From: Alkalispirochaeta sp.
Lineage (GTDB): Bacteria; Spirochaetota; Spirochaetia; DSM-27196; Alkalispirochaetaceae
Direction: 5' to 3'
DNA: 64,000 nucleotides
Assembly (NCBI GenBank): GCA_965601925.1
Contig: OZ271854.1
Location: forward strand, 3,520,001 to 3,584,000
Positions within the stretch are counted from its first letter, which is position 1, and each line of letters begins with the position of its first letter. This document shows, piece after piece, positions 8,892 to 19,208 of this stretch. The position numbers and the translations under genes were made by a program. Under the pieces are notes generated by a model. That model was given only the letters and a program-made list of their open reading frames with translations. It did not search any database and was not told the origin of the DNA.

Positions 8892-10919
8892 ATGAAAGAC
8901 AAAGCAACCCCTACGATTACCGACCTTTACGTCGCCGCCATAACGCATCTCGATGTCGGTTTTACCGACGCGGCGAGCTCGGTGAAAGAACTCTACCTTC
9001 ACCGGCATATCCCGCAGGCGATCGAACTGGCTGAGCGGCTCTCATCCGATTCCCGAGGCTACCATTGGACGATGGGGTCGTGGCTGGCGAGGTGTTTCTT
9101 AACCGAGATGCCGGCCGCGGACCGCCGTCGATTTGAACGCGCCGTGACCGAGGGGTGGGTCAGCTGGCACGCGATGCCGTTCACCCTCTCCACGGAGCTT
9201 GCCGACCGCCCGCTCCTCGAGTACGGCCTTTCGTACTCACGGGAGCTCGACCGGCACTTCGGCTCGACTACCACCGCCGCAAAGGTGACCGATGTGCCGG
9301 GACACACGCGGGGTCTGGTCGCGCCGCTTGCGGACGCGGGCGTGCGATTTCTTCACATCGGGACGAATCCCGGGTGCCGACCGGCGGAGGTCCCGCCGCT
9401 CTTTCGGTGGCGCAATGGCGACGGCGTGGAGATTATCGTCGCCTACAACGCTCTGGAGTACGGCGGCCTAATTACCGTTCCCGGATCATCCGCGGCGCTC
9501 TATATCGCAAGCACCCTCGACAACGTCGGGCCCCACACGCAATCTGCGATCGAGGAGTGTTACACCCAGCTCGCGCATCGATTCCCCGGCGCGACGATCC
9601 GCGCATCGAGTCTCAATCGCTTTGCCGAGGTGGTGCAGCCGATTCGCGACCGACTACCGGTCGTTACCGACGAGATCGGCGACACGTGGATCCACGGCGC
9701 CGGAAGCGATCCCAAGAAGATGTTCTGGTTTAAGGAGTTGTCCCGCCTCAGAGAGCGATGGAGTATCGACGGTACCGCTGCGATGTACCCCGAGATCTAT
9801 CACGAGGTTGGTGACGCCTTGCTCCTCGTCGCCGAGCACACGTGGGGATTGGATATCAAGACGCATCTCAACGACCGCACCCACTGGCGGCGCGACGAGT
9901 TCCTCCCGATGCTTGCCACGACGCTCTTTCGTCGCACGGCTCGGTCGTGGCGGGACGAGCGCTCCTATCTTACCGATCTTGTGGATGAAGATACCTCGTC
10001 GGCTCCTCGTATCGAGGTGGCGGAGCGTCTCCGTCCCCGCCGTATCGACCTCGACGCCATAGACTTCGGGGATCCCGACATCTCCGATGACATCACCCTT
10101 GCGAACGAGTTCCTCGATGTGCGCTTCGACCCGGAAAGCGGTAAAGTAACGCGGCTCACAGACCGCCGTACCGGCGGCGTTCGCGAGCTCTCCTTCGGCG
10201 CGTGCCGCTACGAAGTCTACGGCGACGACGACTATCGCATGTATCTCTCGCACTACGGTGCATACGGTCCCGAGACGGTATCGCGTCTCCCGTGGGTCGG
10301 CGAGGACCTTGCAAAACCCGGCTATCCCTTACAATCGGTTGAGGAGACGACGTTTCCCTTCCGCGTCGACGGAGCGGCTCGCGTCACCGAGTCGGGGGCG
10401 CCGCTTCTCTTTCTACGGCTCTCCTCGACCGCGGAGGGCGACCACACCTACGGATGCCCGACCGAGATCTTCTTGCGCTACCGACTCCGACGAAACACCA
10501 TCGAGTGCGCACTCCATTGGCCGCGGAAGACGGCGAGTCGCATCTGTGAAGCGCTATGGCTCGACTGCGGCGTGGCGATGGAGACGGGCGATGAATGGAG
10601 GTTGCGGAAGAGCGGTGAGTGGGTAGATCCGAGGCGGGTGGCCCGAGGCGGCAACCGATTTCTCCACGCCGCCGATACGATTGATGTGGGGGGCGATCAC
10701 GACCGAGTAATCGTATCGAGTCTGCATGCACCGCTGGTGCGCGTGCAGGAGAGTACGATCCTCCGGGCGCCCAATGATGCGGCGACGGACTCCCGCTCCA
10801 TGAGTATCAACCTGTACAACAATCTCTGGTCGACCAACTATCCCCAGTGGTACGGCGAGGACGCCTACTTCGAGTTCCGCATAGAGTGGCGCTCGACCGC
10901 TGAGAACCGTGGGATATGA
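8892..10919 (+). CDS. GH38-like glycoside hydrolase (DUF5054 family)
   Basis: THLDVGFTD, TDVPGHT, EIGDTWIHG, EHTWG, NLYNNLWSTNYPQW motifs. Confidence 0.8.
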   Translation: MKDKATPTITDLYVAAITHLDVGFTDAASSVKELYLHRHIPQAIELAERLSSDSRGYHWTMGSWLARCFLTEMPAADRRRFERAVTEGWVSWHAMPFTLSTELADRPLLEYGLSYSRELDRHFGSTTTAAKVTDVPGHTRGLVAPLADAGVRFLHIGTNPGCRPAEVPPLFRWRNGDGVEIIVAYNALEYGGLITVPGSSAALYIASTLDNVGPHTQSAIEECYTQLAHRFPGATIRASSLNRFAEVVQPIRDRLPVVTDEIGDTWIHGAGSDPKKMFWFKELSRLRERWSIDGTAAMYPEIYHEVGDALLLVAEHTWGLDIKTHLNDRTHWRRDEFLPMLATTLFRRTARSWRDERSYLTDLVDEDTSSAPRIEVAERLRPRRIDLDAIDFGDPDISDDITLANEFLDVRFDPESGKVTRLTDRRTGGVRELSFGACRYEVYGDDDYRMYLSHYGAYGPETVSRLPWVGEDLAKPGYPLQSVEETTFPFRVDGAARVTESGAPLLFLRLSSTAEGDHTYGCPTEIFLRYRLRRNTIECALHWPRKTASRICEALWLDCGVAMETGDEWRLRKSGEWVDPRRVARGGNRFLHAADTIDVGGDHDRVIVSSLHAPLVRVQESTILRAPNDAATDSRSMSINLYNNLWSTNYPQWYGEDAYFEFRIEWRSTAENRGI

Positions 10920-10954
10920 ACGGCGCCTTCCGTAGGTATTCGCTACAAATGAGA

Positions 10955-12058
10955 TCAGGGCTCATAGGACCGGCCGGATGGAAGTATCTGCGCTCCTCGA
11001 TCGAGGTTCTCCCAACCGCTGAACTCTACGCCGGCCTCGAATAGGTCTTCATCGGTCAGTCCCATCAGGGAGCGCATTTCGATCAGGCGAGAATCGAAGC
11101 GCTTCCACGCTACACCAGGGTAGGCCGCAGCCCATTTTTTGGCCGTTCGGCGGCGAAATGCCGCTTTGTCATTGCGTATCACGTGAAAGACAAACTCACG
11201 CGTCTCCTCACCCGCCTCACCGGCGGCGAGGCGTTCGATGAGATCGCCCCGCCGTGCCTTAACCTTGGCGCGGCGAAAGAGAGGAAACGGTCCGAACGAC
11301 ACGGCCGGCCAGTAGTGCGACACGTCCAATAGATCCGGCACCGCCACACTGGGGCGGTGCCGTTCAAAATACTCTTTAGCCTTCTGCAGATTGCGGAGGT
11401 ATTTTGTCCGTATATCTCTGTCGTTGTTCCCAAAAGTCTGTACAAAAATTTTCACTAACAAGGCGGCGAAACGCTCCTCGGGTACAATGATCGGTGAGCG
11501 AATCGGCGTGGCGGTCGCACGCGCCAGATCGAAAAAAGCCTCGAATTGGTTCGTGTTCAGATTGAGTATGTTGTAGTGCGAACTGAGGTGTCTGATCTCA
11601 TACCGCGGCAAATCGGGAGAGCGGTCGGTTTGCAGCTCGGCAAGAGTCGCCGCCAGCGTACGGTACTGCGCTTCCAGTTCCTTATAGACTACGGCGCGAC
11701 TCGTACCGAAATTGAAGTCATCGACGGTATGGAACTGACACTTACCGTTACGGTCATGTATGCAGCGCTCGGGCTCTTGTTCTCGTAGTGCGTCATTGTC
11801 GACTATCGGCCAGCCCGAGGTCAGAGTAAGGTGCAGCCCGATCTCCAAGGCGTACTTCTTACCCGACCGGAGGGCGGAGGCTCGAGCCTCGTCGCCGGTA
11901 TCGATTAACCGTTTGATCGAGTCGCGCCGGTAGGCATCCTCCCCGTTGGCGAAAACGGCCACCGAGTTAATACGGCGGGCACACACGGCCTCGCGGATCC
12001 CTTCGTCAATGTGAGAAATCGCCCCGTAGTCGTCGGCGGTAAAAATTACTTTTTTCAT
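10955..12058 (-). CDS. YdjC/ChbG-family carbohydrate deacetylase
   Basis: IFTADDYG, IGLHLTLTSG, HLSSH motifs. Confidence 0.75.
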   Translation of the reverse strand: MKKVIFTADDYGAISHIDEGIREAVCARRINSVAVFANGEDAYRRDSIKRLIDTGDEARASALRSGKKYALEIGLHLTLTSGWPIVDNDALREQEPERCIHDRNGKCQFHTVDDFNFGTSRAVVYKELEAQYRTLAATLAELQTDRSPDLPRYEIRHLSSHYNILNLNTNQFEAFFDLARATATPIRSPIIVPEERFAALLVKIFVQTFGNNDRDIRTKYLRNLQKAKEYFERHRPSVAVPDLLDVSHYWPAVSFGPFPLFRRAKVKARRGDLIERLAAGEAGEETREFVFHVIRNDKAAFRRRTAKKWAAAYPGVAWKRFDSRLIEMRSLMGLTDEDLFEAGVEFSGWENLDRGAQILPSGRSYEP

Positions 12059-12230
12059 GTTCGATACCTCTGCTCCTGATTATAAAGTTAGAATGACAAT
12101 GTGTGAGTTCTCCATTGGTGTATCGTTTGCATCGGCCTTGACCGTGGGGCTCGTATCGTACAACTCTCATAAAACAAAGCCGACTCATGAGAATCGGTGA
12201 GATTTTTTCCGCGAAAAGGCAGATAAGGCC

Positions 12231-13445
12231 ATGGCACGAATTACTATGAAACGATTGGACTACGCCGCGGCGTTGGGCATGTTCGTATACGCTTCAAGCG
12301 TCGTCGCCACTCCGATTATCCTGCTCCGTATTGCCCAGGAGCTGGGATTCGGGTTGGCGGAAGGGGGCGGTATCGAGGCGGTGCGGGCCGGTTTTCTACT
12401 GGCGATCTTGATTGTAAGCGGCGCCGCCGCCGCGCGTTTCGGAATGACGCGTTCCCTCGGTGCCGGGGGGCTCGTGCTCGCCGCGGGCCTTTTCACCTAC
12501 TCGATCGCTCCCTCGTACGGAGTCGTGTTGGCTGCGATCGTCTTGGTCGGCCTTGGCGGCGGTATCCTGGAGGCTCTCTTGAATCCGTTGATACAACAAG
12601 AGCATCCGAACGACTCGGGGCGATATTTGAATGTCGTCAACGCGTTTTTCTCCATCGGCGTACTCGCATCGGTCCTGATTGTCGGCGATTTGCTTACTCG
12701 AGGCGTATCATGGCGGGTGCTCATCGCCGGGATCGGTGGATTGGCTCTCCTGTCCGGTGTGCTTTTTTTTATCTTCGGTCACGGAACAATACACCACGCC
12801 GCGTCTCACGGTACAACGAACGACGGGGGAAAACACTCCGTCTCCCTCCGTCGACACATACGAGAGATCGTCGGTGACAGGAAGTTTTGGCTCTTCTCGA
12901 TCGCGATGTTCTGCGGCGGAGGCGCGGAGGGCGCTTTTACGTTCTGGAGCGCCAGCTACATCCAATTGAACTTCGGCGGTCTCGCCCGCGCAGGGGCGTT
13001 CGGTACCGCGGTATTTGCCGGCGGCATGGTTGTGGGTCGATTTGCGTCGGGCCACCTCGTCAAACAGGAGCGGCTGCATCTACTCATCATAGCCTCGGCG
13101 GTTCTCGGAGTGGGTGCAAGCCTGGGAGCGTGGGCCGTAGAGACGATGGCGTCGTTCATGGCGGTGATTTTTTTCTCCGGTCTCACGATCGCCTGCTTTT
13201 GGCCGAGTATTCAATCCCATGCAGCCTCCCTGATGGACGTGGATTCGACGATGTTGTTCATCCTGCTCTCATGCGCCGGCATACCGGGATTCGGTCTGGT
13301 TTCGTGGATCATGGGGCTCGTCGCCGAGGCACGCGACCTTCGGGCGAGTCTCCTTGTGATCCCGATTCTGCTCACCGCGTTGGCGGGAACGATGGTCGCG
13401 TCGCGCATCGGCGGGAGAAAGGCTACTCACGTTTCAGGCTGGTGA
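12231..13445 (+). CDS. MFS transporter (FucP/TsgA-like)
   Basis: About 12 hydrophobic segments, NAFFSIG, GGAEG. Confidence 0.85.
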   Translation: MARITMKRLDYAAALGMFVYASSVVATPIILLRIAQELGFGLAEGGGIEAVRAGFLLAILIVSGAAAARFGMTRSLGAGGLVLAAGLFTYSIAPSYGVVLAAIVLVGLGGGILEALLNPLIQQEHPNDSGRYLNVVNAFFSIGVLASVLIVGDLLTRGVSWRVLIAGIGGLALLSGVLFFIFGHGTIHHAASHGTTNDGGKHSVSLRRHIREIVGDRKFWLFSIAMFCGGGAEGAFTFWSASYIQLNFGGLARAGAFGTAVFAGGMVVGRFASGHLVKQERLHLLIIASAVLGVGASLGAWAVETMASFMAVIFFSGLTIACFWPSIQSHAASLMDVDSTMLFILLSCAGIPGFGLVSWIMGLVAEARDLRASLLVIPILLTALAGTMVASRIGGRKATHVSGW

Positions 13446-13594
13446 GCGCGAGTCGCTCGATGACGCGACGACCATCGGTGAGTGATTATACATTGAGCGC
13501 GCACTACACATGCTCACCATTCCGAAGAGTAACGATAACCGGTCGTATCGATATCGTCGACGGCACGATGGATAGGCCGACGAGCCGAGTGCGA

Positions 13595-16500
13595 TCAATG
13601 GAAATCTCTGCTCGATCGGTGCGCCGTGTGCCCGCTCAAAGTGGGTATCCAGAAGCGTTCAGCAACGAGATGGACGACTGCTCCCTCCTTTTGCACCGCA
13701 CCGGTGATACCTATGATCTCGTTGGTGAGAATAAGTACGCGATACTGTTCGTATATGCGTTTCCAGATCACGAGGTTCACAAAACCGCTCTCGTCCTCCA
13801 AGGTCATGAACACGACGCCGCCGGCGGTGGACGGCATCTGACGACAGATCACCATACCCACGTAGGAGGAGACGTCACCGTGTTCTCTGTCTGCGAGGCG
13901 TCGTGCATCGGGCAGCCCCCGGTCCGATAACTCTCGACGAAACGGCTCCAACGGATGGCCGAAGGTGCTGGCGCTACCCGTCTCATGGTCCCACTCGACG
14001 ACTTCAAAGGTGCTGAGATGGGAAAAGGACGGCGTGCGTTCCTCCTCGTCGATCGCGAGGGCAGCCGCTCGACGCGCGTCGGCGCCCAGAACGGCGAAGA
14101 GTGCATCCCTGCGGCTCACGTCGAAGCAGCGATACGCACCGGCCAAGGCCAATTGCACAAGGGTATCGCGATCGAGTCGCACCAAATCCAAAAAAGCGCG
14201 AAAGTCCTTGCCGCAACGCCTGCGAGAGGTCCGGATCGCTTCCCAGTCGCGCACACCGAGCCCCTTTACGTAGCGAAGTCCGAGGCGGACGGCGAGTCTC
14301 TCCGACCTGTGCGGGTCGCGCTCGAGGGTACAGTCCCAATCGCTGCGTAGCACCGTGATGGGGAGCACGGTGACGCCGTGGCGTTTGGCATCGTCGACGA
14401 TCGTTGCGGGCGCATAAAACCCCATCGGCCACGCATTGAGCAAGGCGCACGCAAAGGCGGCGGGGTAATGGCATTTGAGGTAGGCGGTCGCATAGGCTAT
14501 GAGGGCGAATCCCGCGGCATGACTCTCGGGAAATCCGTAGGAGCCGAATCCCTGAATCTGTTTGTACACTCGCTCGGCAAACTCCCGGGCGATCCCCTTT
14601 TCTACCATGCGTTCGATCAAACGCTTGCGGTGCCGCTCGATTTTACCGGTCGTGCGCCACGCGGCCATGTCGCGGCGCAGTTGGTCGGCCTCGCCGGGAG
14701 TGTAGTCGGCGGCGACCATCGCCACTCTCATCGCCTGTTCCTGAAAGAGCGGCACCCCGAGGGTCTTTTTAAGCACCGGTTCGAGGCTTCCGTGAGGGTA
14801 GATCGTATCTTCCTCACCATTGCGCCGCCTGAGATATGGGTGCACCATGTTACCGGTGATCGGGCCGGGACGTACGATGCTCAGCTCGATGACCAGGTCG
14901 TAGTAATTGCGCGGACGCAGGCGCGGGAGCATCGACATCTGAGCGCGGCTCTCTATCTGGAAAACCCCGATCGTGTCGGCGCGACACATCATATCGAAGG
15001 TTCCCGTGTCATCGGCCGGAATGGTCGCGAGGGACAGGGTGCGGCCGTGGTAGCGCTCAATCAGATCGAAGCAGAGGTGCGCGTGCGTCAGCGCTCCGAG
15101 CCCCAGCACGTCGACCTTGAAAAGCTTGAGCGTCTCGATGTCGTCTTTGTCCCACTGGATGACGGTCCGCCCCGGCATGGTTGCCGGCTCGATCGGTACG
15201 AGCGTGTCGACCGGCTCGTTCCCGAGGAGAAATCCGCCGGGATGAATCGAAAGGTGGCGAGGAAAGCCGATCAACTCCGTCGCGATCTCGAGAAGGAGGC
15301 GTACCCGGTGCGATGAGAGGTCCAGCGACGCGTGAGCCGTCGATTCGTCGATTGCACTGTCCCAGTGAGACAAAAGTTTTGCGCAGCGATCCAAAGCGGT
15401 TTGCGCTACCCCGAGGACCTTGCCCACCTCTCTGACGGCCGACTTGGGCCGATAGCGAATGACATTCGCCACCATGGCGGCACGATCCCGTCCATATCTC
15501 TCGTAGAGGTGCTGAATGACCTCCTCGCGCCGAGCGTGCTCGATGTCGATATCGATGTCCGGCGGCTCGTCGCGTTCCCGGGAGAGAAAACGCTCGAACA
15601 ATAGATCCATCTTCACCGGGTCGATGGCCGTGACCCCGAGACAGTAACAGACCGCCGAGTTTGCCGCCGATCCGCGCCCTTGGCAGAGAATTCCCGCGTC
15701 CTCACAAAAGCGCACGATCGCGTGGACGGTCAGAAAGTAGCCGGCATAACCCAACTCTTCGATAAGGGCGAGCTCTTTGTCGACCTGCTTCGCGACGCGT
15801 ATCGGTACGCGTCCCGCATACCGTGCGTGTGCTCCCTCGAAGGTGAGGTGTCGTAACCATCCCATCGTGGTGTATCCCTCCGGTACCGCCTCCTCCGGGT
15901 AGCGATAGGAGAGGTCGCGTAAGGAAAACCGACAGCGATCGGCGACATCGACGGCAGCGGCTATGAGCCGTGGATCATCGGCAAAGAGTTCCGCCATGGA
16001 GTAGGGAGAGCGGAGGTGGTGTTCGGCGTTCGGGCCCACGTCCGTTCCCGCCTCGTCGAGCGTCGTCGAGCGGCGTATACAGGTGAGCACATCGCAGAGG
16101 CGACTACGCTCCCGCTCGTGATATAACACCTCGGTTGCCGCGACGAGGGGAATGCCGAGGCGTCCGGCGCAGGTCCGTGTTGCGCGTTCGCGTTCGGCGT
16201 CGCGCTCTTCACGGTGACGGGTGACCACCGCGTACAGACGGTCGCCGAAACTCCGTCGAAGCGTCTCCAGGTATACCGCCGATGTAGCATCGCGGTAAAT
16301 CCACAGCGCGATGAGGCCTTTGTTGCGCTTACACAACTCCGAGACGGATATCGTGCACTCACCCTTAGGGGTGACGGCCTGACCGGTCGATACGAGGCGA
16401 CAAAGGTTGGCGTATCCCTCCCGGTTCCGCACCAGGACGACGACCGTGTTGAGTCCGTCATCCAATGAGAGTTCGCTTCCGACAATGAGACGGACCTTGT

Positions 16501-16678
16501 GTTCCTCCGCGGCGACGAGGGCGCGCACGATGCCGTATACGCCGTTCCGATCGGTGATCGCGACGCTCCCGATACCCAAGCGGGCGCACGCTTCGATAAT
16601 CTCCTCCGGATGGCTTGCACCTTCCAGGAATGAGAAGTTGGTCTTGCACCATAGCGGTGCGTAGGCGAGCGGTGTCAA
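13595..16678 (-). CDS. dnaE2: Error-prone DNA polymerase III alpha (DnaE2/ImuC)
   Basis: PHP domain (NFSFLEGASHPEE), GRGSAANS, PPDIDID, GFPESHA, C-terminal SRDFH; TTG start overlaps the imuB stop. Confidence 0.96.
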   Translation of the reverse strand: MTPLAYAPLWCKTNFSFLEGASHPEEIIEACARLGIGSVAITDRNGVYGIVRALVAAEEHKVRLIVGSELSLDDGLNTVVVLVRNREGYANLCRLVSTGQAVTPKGECTISVSELCKRNKGLIALWIYRDATSAVYLETLRRSFGDRLYAVVTRHREERDAERERATRTCAGRLGIPLVAATEVLYHERERSRLCDVLTCIRRSTTLDEAGTDVGPNAEHHLRSPYSMAELFADDPRLIAAAVDVADRCRFSLRDLSYRYPEEAVPEGYTTMGWLRHLTFEGAHARYAGRVPIRVAKQVDKELALIEELGYAGYFLTVHAIVRFCEDAGILCQGRGSAANSAVCYCLGVTAIDPVKMDLLFERFLSRERDEPPDIDIDIEHARREEVIQHLYERYGRDRAAMVANVIRYRPKSAVREVGKVLGVAQTALDRCAKLLSHWDSAIDESTAHASLDLSSHRVRLLLEIATELIGFPRHLSIHPGGFLLGNEPVDTLVPIEPATMPGRTVIQWDKDDIETLKLFKVDVLGLGALTHAHLCFDLIERYHGRTLSLATIPADDTGTFDMMCRADTIGVFQIESRAQMSMLPRLRPRNYYDLVIELSIVRPGPITGNMVHPYLRRRNGEEDTIYPHGSLEPVLKKTLGVPLFQEQAMRVAMVAADYTPGEADQLRRDMAAWRTTGKIERHRKRLIERMVEKGIAREFAERVYKQIQGFGSYGFPESHAAGFALIAYATAYLKCHYPAAFACALLNAWPMGFYAPATIVDDAKRHGVTVLPITVLRSDWDCTLERDPHRSERLAVRLGLRYVKGLGVRDWEAIRTSRRRCGKDFRAFLDLVRLDRDTLVQLALAGAYRCFDVSRRDALFAVLGADARRAAALAIDEEERTPSFSHLSTFEVVEWDHETGSASTFGHPLEPFRRELSDRGLPDARRLADREHGDVSSYVGMVICRQMPSTAGGVVFMTLEDESGFVNLVIWKRIYEQYRVLILTNEIIGITGAVQKEGAVVHLVAERFWIPTLSGHTAHRSSRDFH

Positions 16679-18249
16679 TCTACGACTCCCTGTTGTTCCC
16701 ACCGCCGAGTAGTGAGGTCGTGATACAACCACGCAGTAGCGGCACCCGACCGCGCGACGTAGTAGTACTCCCGCACTACGGGAGCATCCCACCACCGTTG
16801 ATGAAGAGAAAACGGGCCGGTGATGACGGGTGCGTCGTACGGCGAGTGTGGAGAACGGGTAGAGCGGTGTCCCGTACGCGTATCGGCGGCGGCGTGCACA
16901 TCGGAACGTACCGCTCGGCGAGGAGACAAAAAGATACGGCGGATCGAGCGTCCGATCTCGATCGAACGGGACGATTCGTCCGCAGGCGGCGGTGATGTGG
17001 CGGGTCTCTCGATCGGATACCACTCGAAACGGCGTTCGGGAATATGGTCGGCGACGATCCGGGCGCAACGGACGGCATCGTTACCGAATGCCGCGCGAAT
17101 CATGGAAAACGCGCGCTCACCGGAACGCGCCGTACGCTCGATCGCCCCGGCAAAGAGCGTCGTCTGGCGATAGGCGATCGCGGCCGACCGGGCCGAGAGC
17201 GTTACGAGATCGATTCCGCTCGATGCGCCGTTCCCCCCGCTCTTTCGCCCACCGTTTCGCGATGTGCCGCGGTGTTCGTACATGCGGTTGAGTCGTAGCC
17301 GCAGGAGTCTTCGGTATACCGCCGCGTCACGCGTTGCCACGGCGCTTCGCACACGCTCGCGGTCGGTAGAGCCGTCTTCAAAGCGTAGCGTGAGATCGAT
17401 GTCGGAGATCGCCGTCTCCTCGCCGGTGATATTCGAGTAGAGCCGCTCCACCATAGCGTCCAGTACCATCTCAAGCCTTCCGAGATCGCGTATCGGATCA
17501 TCAAAAGAGTGTGTAACGGTATTGGGAGCGGACCATTCGCGGGGTTGAATCGGCGCTTCGCTCTCCTCAGAGGCGAGAAGCGTCGATAGTATGCGCGCAT
17601 CCCGTGGAAAACGTCTGCGAAGCGTCTCCGACGGAAGGGTCCGCAGCCGTCCGATGGTATGAATATCGAGGCGGTGCAGGAGCGCAATGGTGTCCGGCTC
17701 GATGGGAAGGTGGTCGATAGGGGCCGATTCGTACGCCTCACGCTCTTCGCGTGGCGAGGAGAAGATGCGCGAATCGTCAAGCGCCTTCGTCGCCAGATAG
17801 GTATCGAATCGACTGTATCCGATACCTACCCGAGCCGTGAAACCGTACGCGGCGACGAGCGATGTCACTCTTCCCATCCAGCGGTAGTGAGATCCGAACA
17901 GCGACTCCAAGCCGATCGGGTTGAGCCAGAAGACGCCGGTATCGAAATCGCAGCGCTCCACATCGGGACTCATCGACGACAATGCGCGTTCCACCTCTTC
18001 GAGTGCGGCGGTCTCCGTATCGAGCGAGACGGCGTGGGCGCGAAGGTGCGGCTCGATCGAAAGACCGTGCGAATAGCGCATGCCGACGCATACGCCGCTG
18101 TCGATAGCACGGCGATTGGCGTGGGTGATCATGCCCGAGGCGGCCTCTCGGTCGACCACGGCGATAGGCGTCGTGTGACGATCGTCGTAGGTGCGTATTA
18201 AAACCTGCAGCCGAAATGCGTCGATGCTAACGCAGGCCCACCGGCGCAT
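16675..18249 (-). CDS. imuB: ImuB, inactive Y-family polymerase
   Basis: Y-family-like N-terminus (GVCVGM), clamp-binding-like QTTLF, GPFSLHQRWW..REYY C-terminus; lies between imuA and dnaE2. Confidence 0.88.
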   Translation of the reverse strand: MRRWACVSIDAFRLQVLIRTYDDRHTTPIAVVDREAASGMITHANRRAIDSGVCVGMRYSHGLSIEPHLRAHAVSLDTETAALEEVERALSSMSPDVERCDFDTGVFWLNPIGLESLFGSHYRWMGRVTSLVAAYGFTARVGIGYSRFDTYLATKALDDSRIFSSPREEREAYESAPIDHLPIEPDTIALLHRLDIHTIGRLRTLPSETLRRRFPRDARILSTLLASEESEAPIQPREWSAPNTVTHSFDDPIRDLGRLEMVLDAMVERLYSNITGEETAISDIDLTLRFEDGSTDRERVRSAVATRDAAVYRRLLRLRLNRMYEHRGTSRNGGRKSGGNGASSGIDLVTLSARSAAIAYRQTTLFAGAIERTARSGERAFSMIRAAFGNDAVRCARIVADHIPERRFEWYPIERPATSPPPADESSRSIEIGRSIRRIFLSPRRAVRSDVHAAADTRTGHRSTRSPHSPYDAPVITGPFSLHQRWWDAPVVREYYYVARSGAATAWLYHDLTTRRWEQQGVVD

Positions 18250-18793
18250 CGTATGTTCCCTCGTAACGTGCGCCGGGACCTCGACGCTTGTCCTTTATGA
18301 TCGCCAGGCCGGAGTGCACGATACCATTCTCGCTTACCCGCGATGAGACTACCCCGCGATAGGTCACCATGGAACCCAGCGACTCCGCATCGTTCGATTT
18401 AATCGTCAGGAACACCAGCCCGGTGCCGGAGCGACGCACGAGGTGTTGTAACCGCGCAAGAGATGAGTCGGTGACGACCGTCTGCTCTCCCAGATCGACG
18501 ACGACCAACGCGAATGCATCGGATCGTAACAACCAATCAGCGACCTTCGTCGCCGCATACGAAGTCTGTACGCGAATCACCGGGATCAGGGCGAGATCGA
18601 TACCCTGGTCGGCAACGTCGGGAGGATAGAAGATGCTCTCCGTCGCGCTTACCCACACAACGGCGTTGCCGGCGACGATAGCTTGGGCGACGAGGGATAT
18701 CGCGACGGTAAGCCCGCCGCTGGGGTAGGCCTGAGAAATTTCGCTGATACATGCGTATAGGTCGGATACGCGAAGCGACGATAAACCGGACAT
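18227..18793 (-). CDS. imuA: ImuA/RecA-like mutasome protein
   Basis: RecA-like (ISEIS, FYPPDVADQGIDL, LLRSDAFALVVVDL) with degenerate Walker A; first gene of the cassette. Confidence 0.82.
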   Translation of the reverse strand: MSGLSSLRVSDLYACISEISQAYPSGGLTVAISLVAQAIVAGNAVVWVSATESIFYPPDVADQGIDLALIPVIRVQTSYAATKVADWLLRSDAFALVVVDLGEQTVVTDSSLARLQHLVRRSGTGLVFLTIKSNDAESLGSMVTYRGVVSSRVSENGIVHSGLAIIKDKRRGPGARYEGTYDAPVGLR

Positions 18794-18798
18794 AGTAT

Positions 18799-18828
18799 TA
18801 CTATACATATGTTAAGTAAAAATCGCAA
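18799..18828 (-). promoter_or_regulatory. Sigma70 promoter of the imuA operon with an overlapping palindromic operator
   Basis: TTGCGA-17 nt-TATAGT ending 6 nt before the ATG; palindrome TACT-N2-ACATATGT-N2-AGTA at 18799-18818. Confidence 0.65.
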
Positions 18829-18908
18829 GGAGCAATGCGCACTGCATCCGTCCGTCACGGACGGCGCTCATCGTGTACGAGTCGGGTTCCCGGGATGAGG
18901 AAGGTAAT

Positions 18909-19208
18909 CTATCGCGGGCCTGCCGTACCGACGAGTATGAGAAAAAGATTGAGAATCGGCAGTGCGATGACGGCAAGCGCTCCCCGGTGGCGTTTCGTCG
19001 CGAACAGCGTCCAGGCGATAATGACCGACAGCACGATAACGACGGGTAACGCCGTCATACTGTAAACCATGAGGAGCGTGCCGAAGCCGGTTCCACCGGC
19101 GGCCAACATAGGAGAGAATATCGCCGCCATGAAGCTGTGAAAAAGTCCGGCACCGTAGACGACGGTACAAAGAATCAAAATCCGGCGCGCCGTTTTTCTC
19201 TCGACCAT
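18909..19208 (-). CDS. Small hypothetical membrane protein
   Basis: 99 aa, three hydrophobic helices; start overlaps the upstream stop. Confidence 0.6.
   Translation of the reverse strand: MVERKTARRILILCTVVYGAGLFHSFMAAIFSPMLAAGGTGFGTLLMVYSMTALPVVIVLSVIIAWTLFATKRHRGALAVIALPILNLFLILVGTAGPR

Noticed and set aside
12887..15316. Long alternative ORFs (12887-13930, 14378-15316)
   Set aside because: Off-frame or antisense shadows of the MFS gene and dnaE2, expected in GC-rich DNA; no motifs
16679..17068. N-terminal extension of the 1157-aa DnaE2 ORF
   Set aside because: Overlaps the imuB 3' end; PHP homology begins at the TTG at 16678
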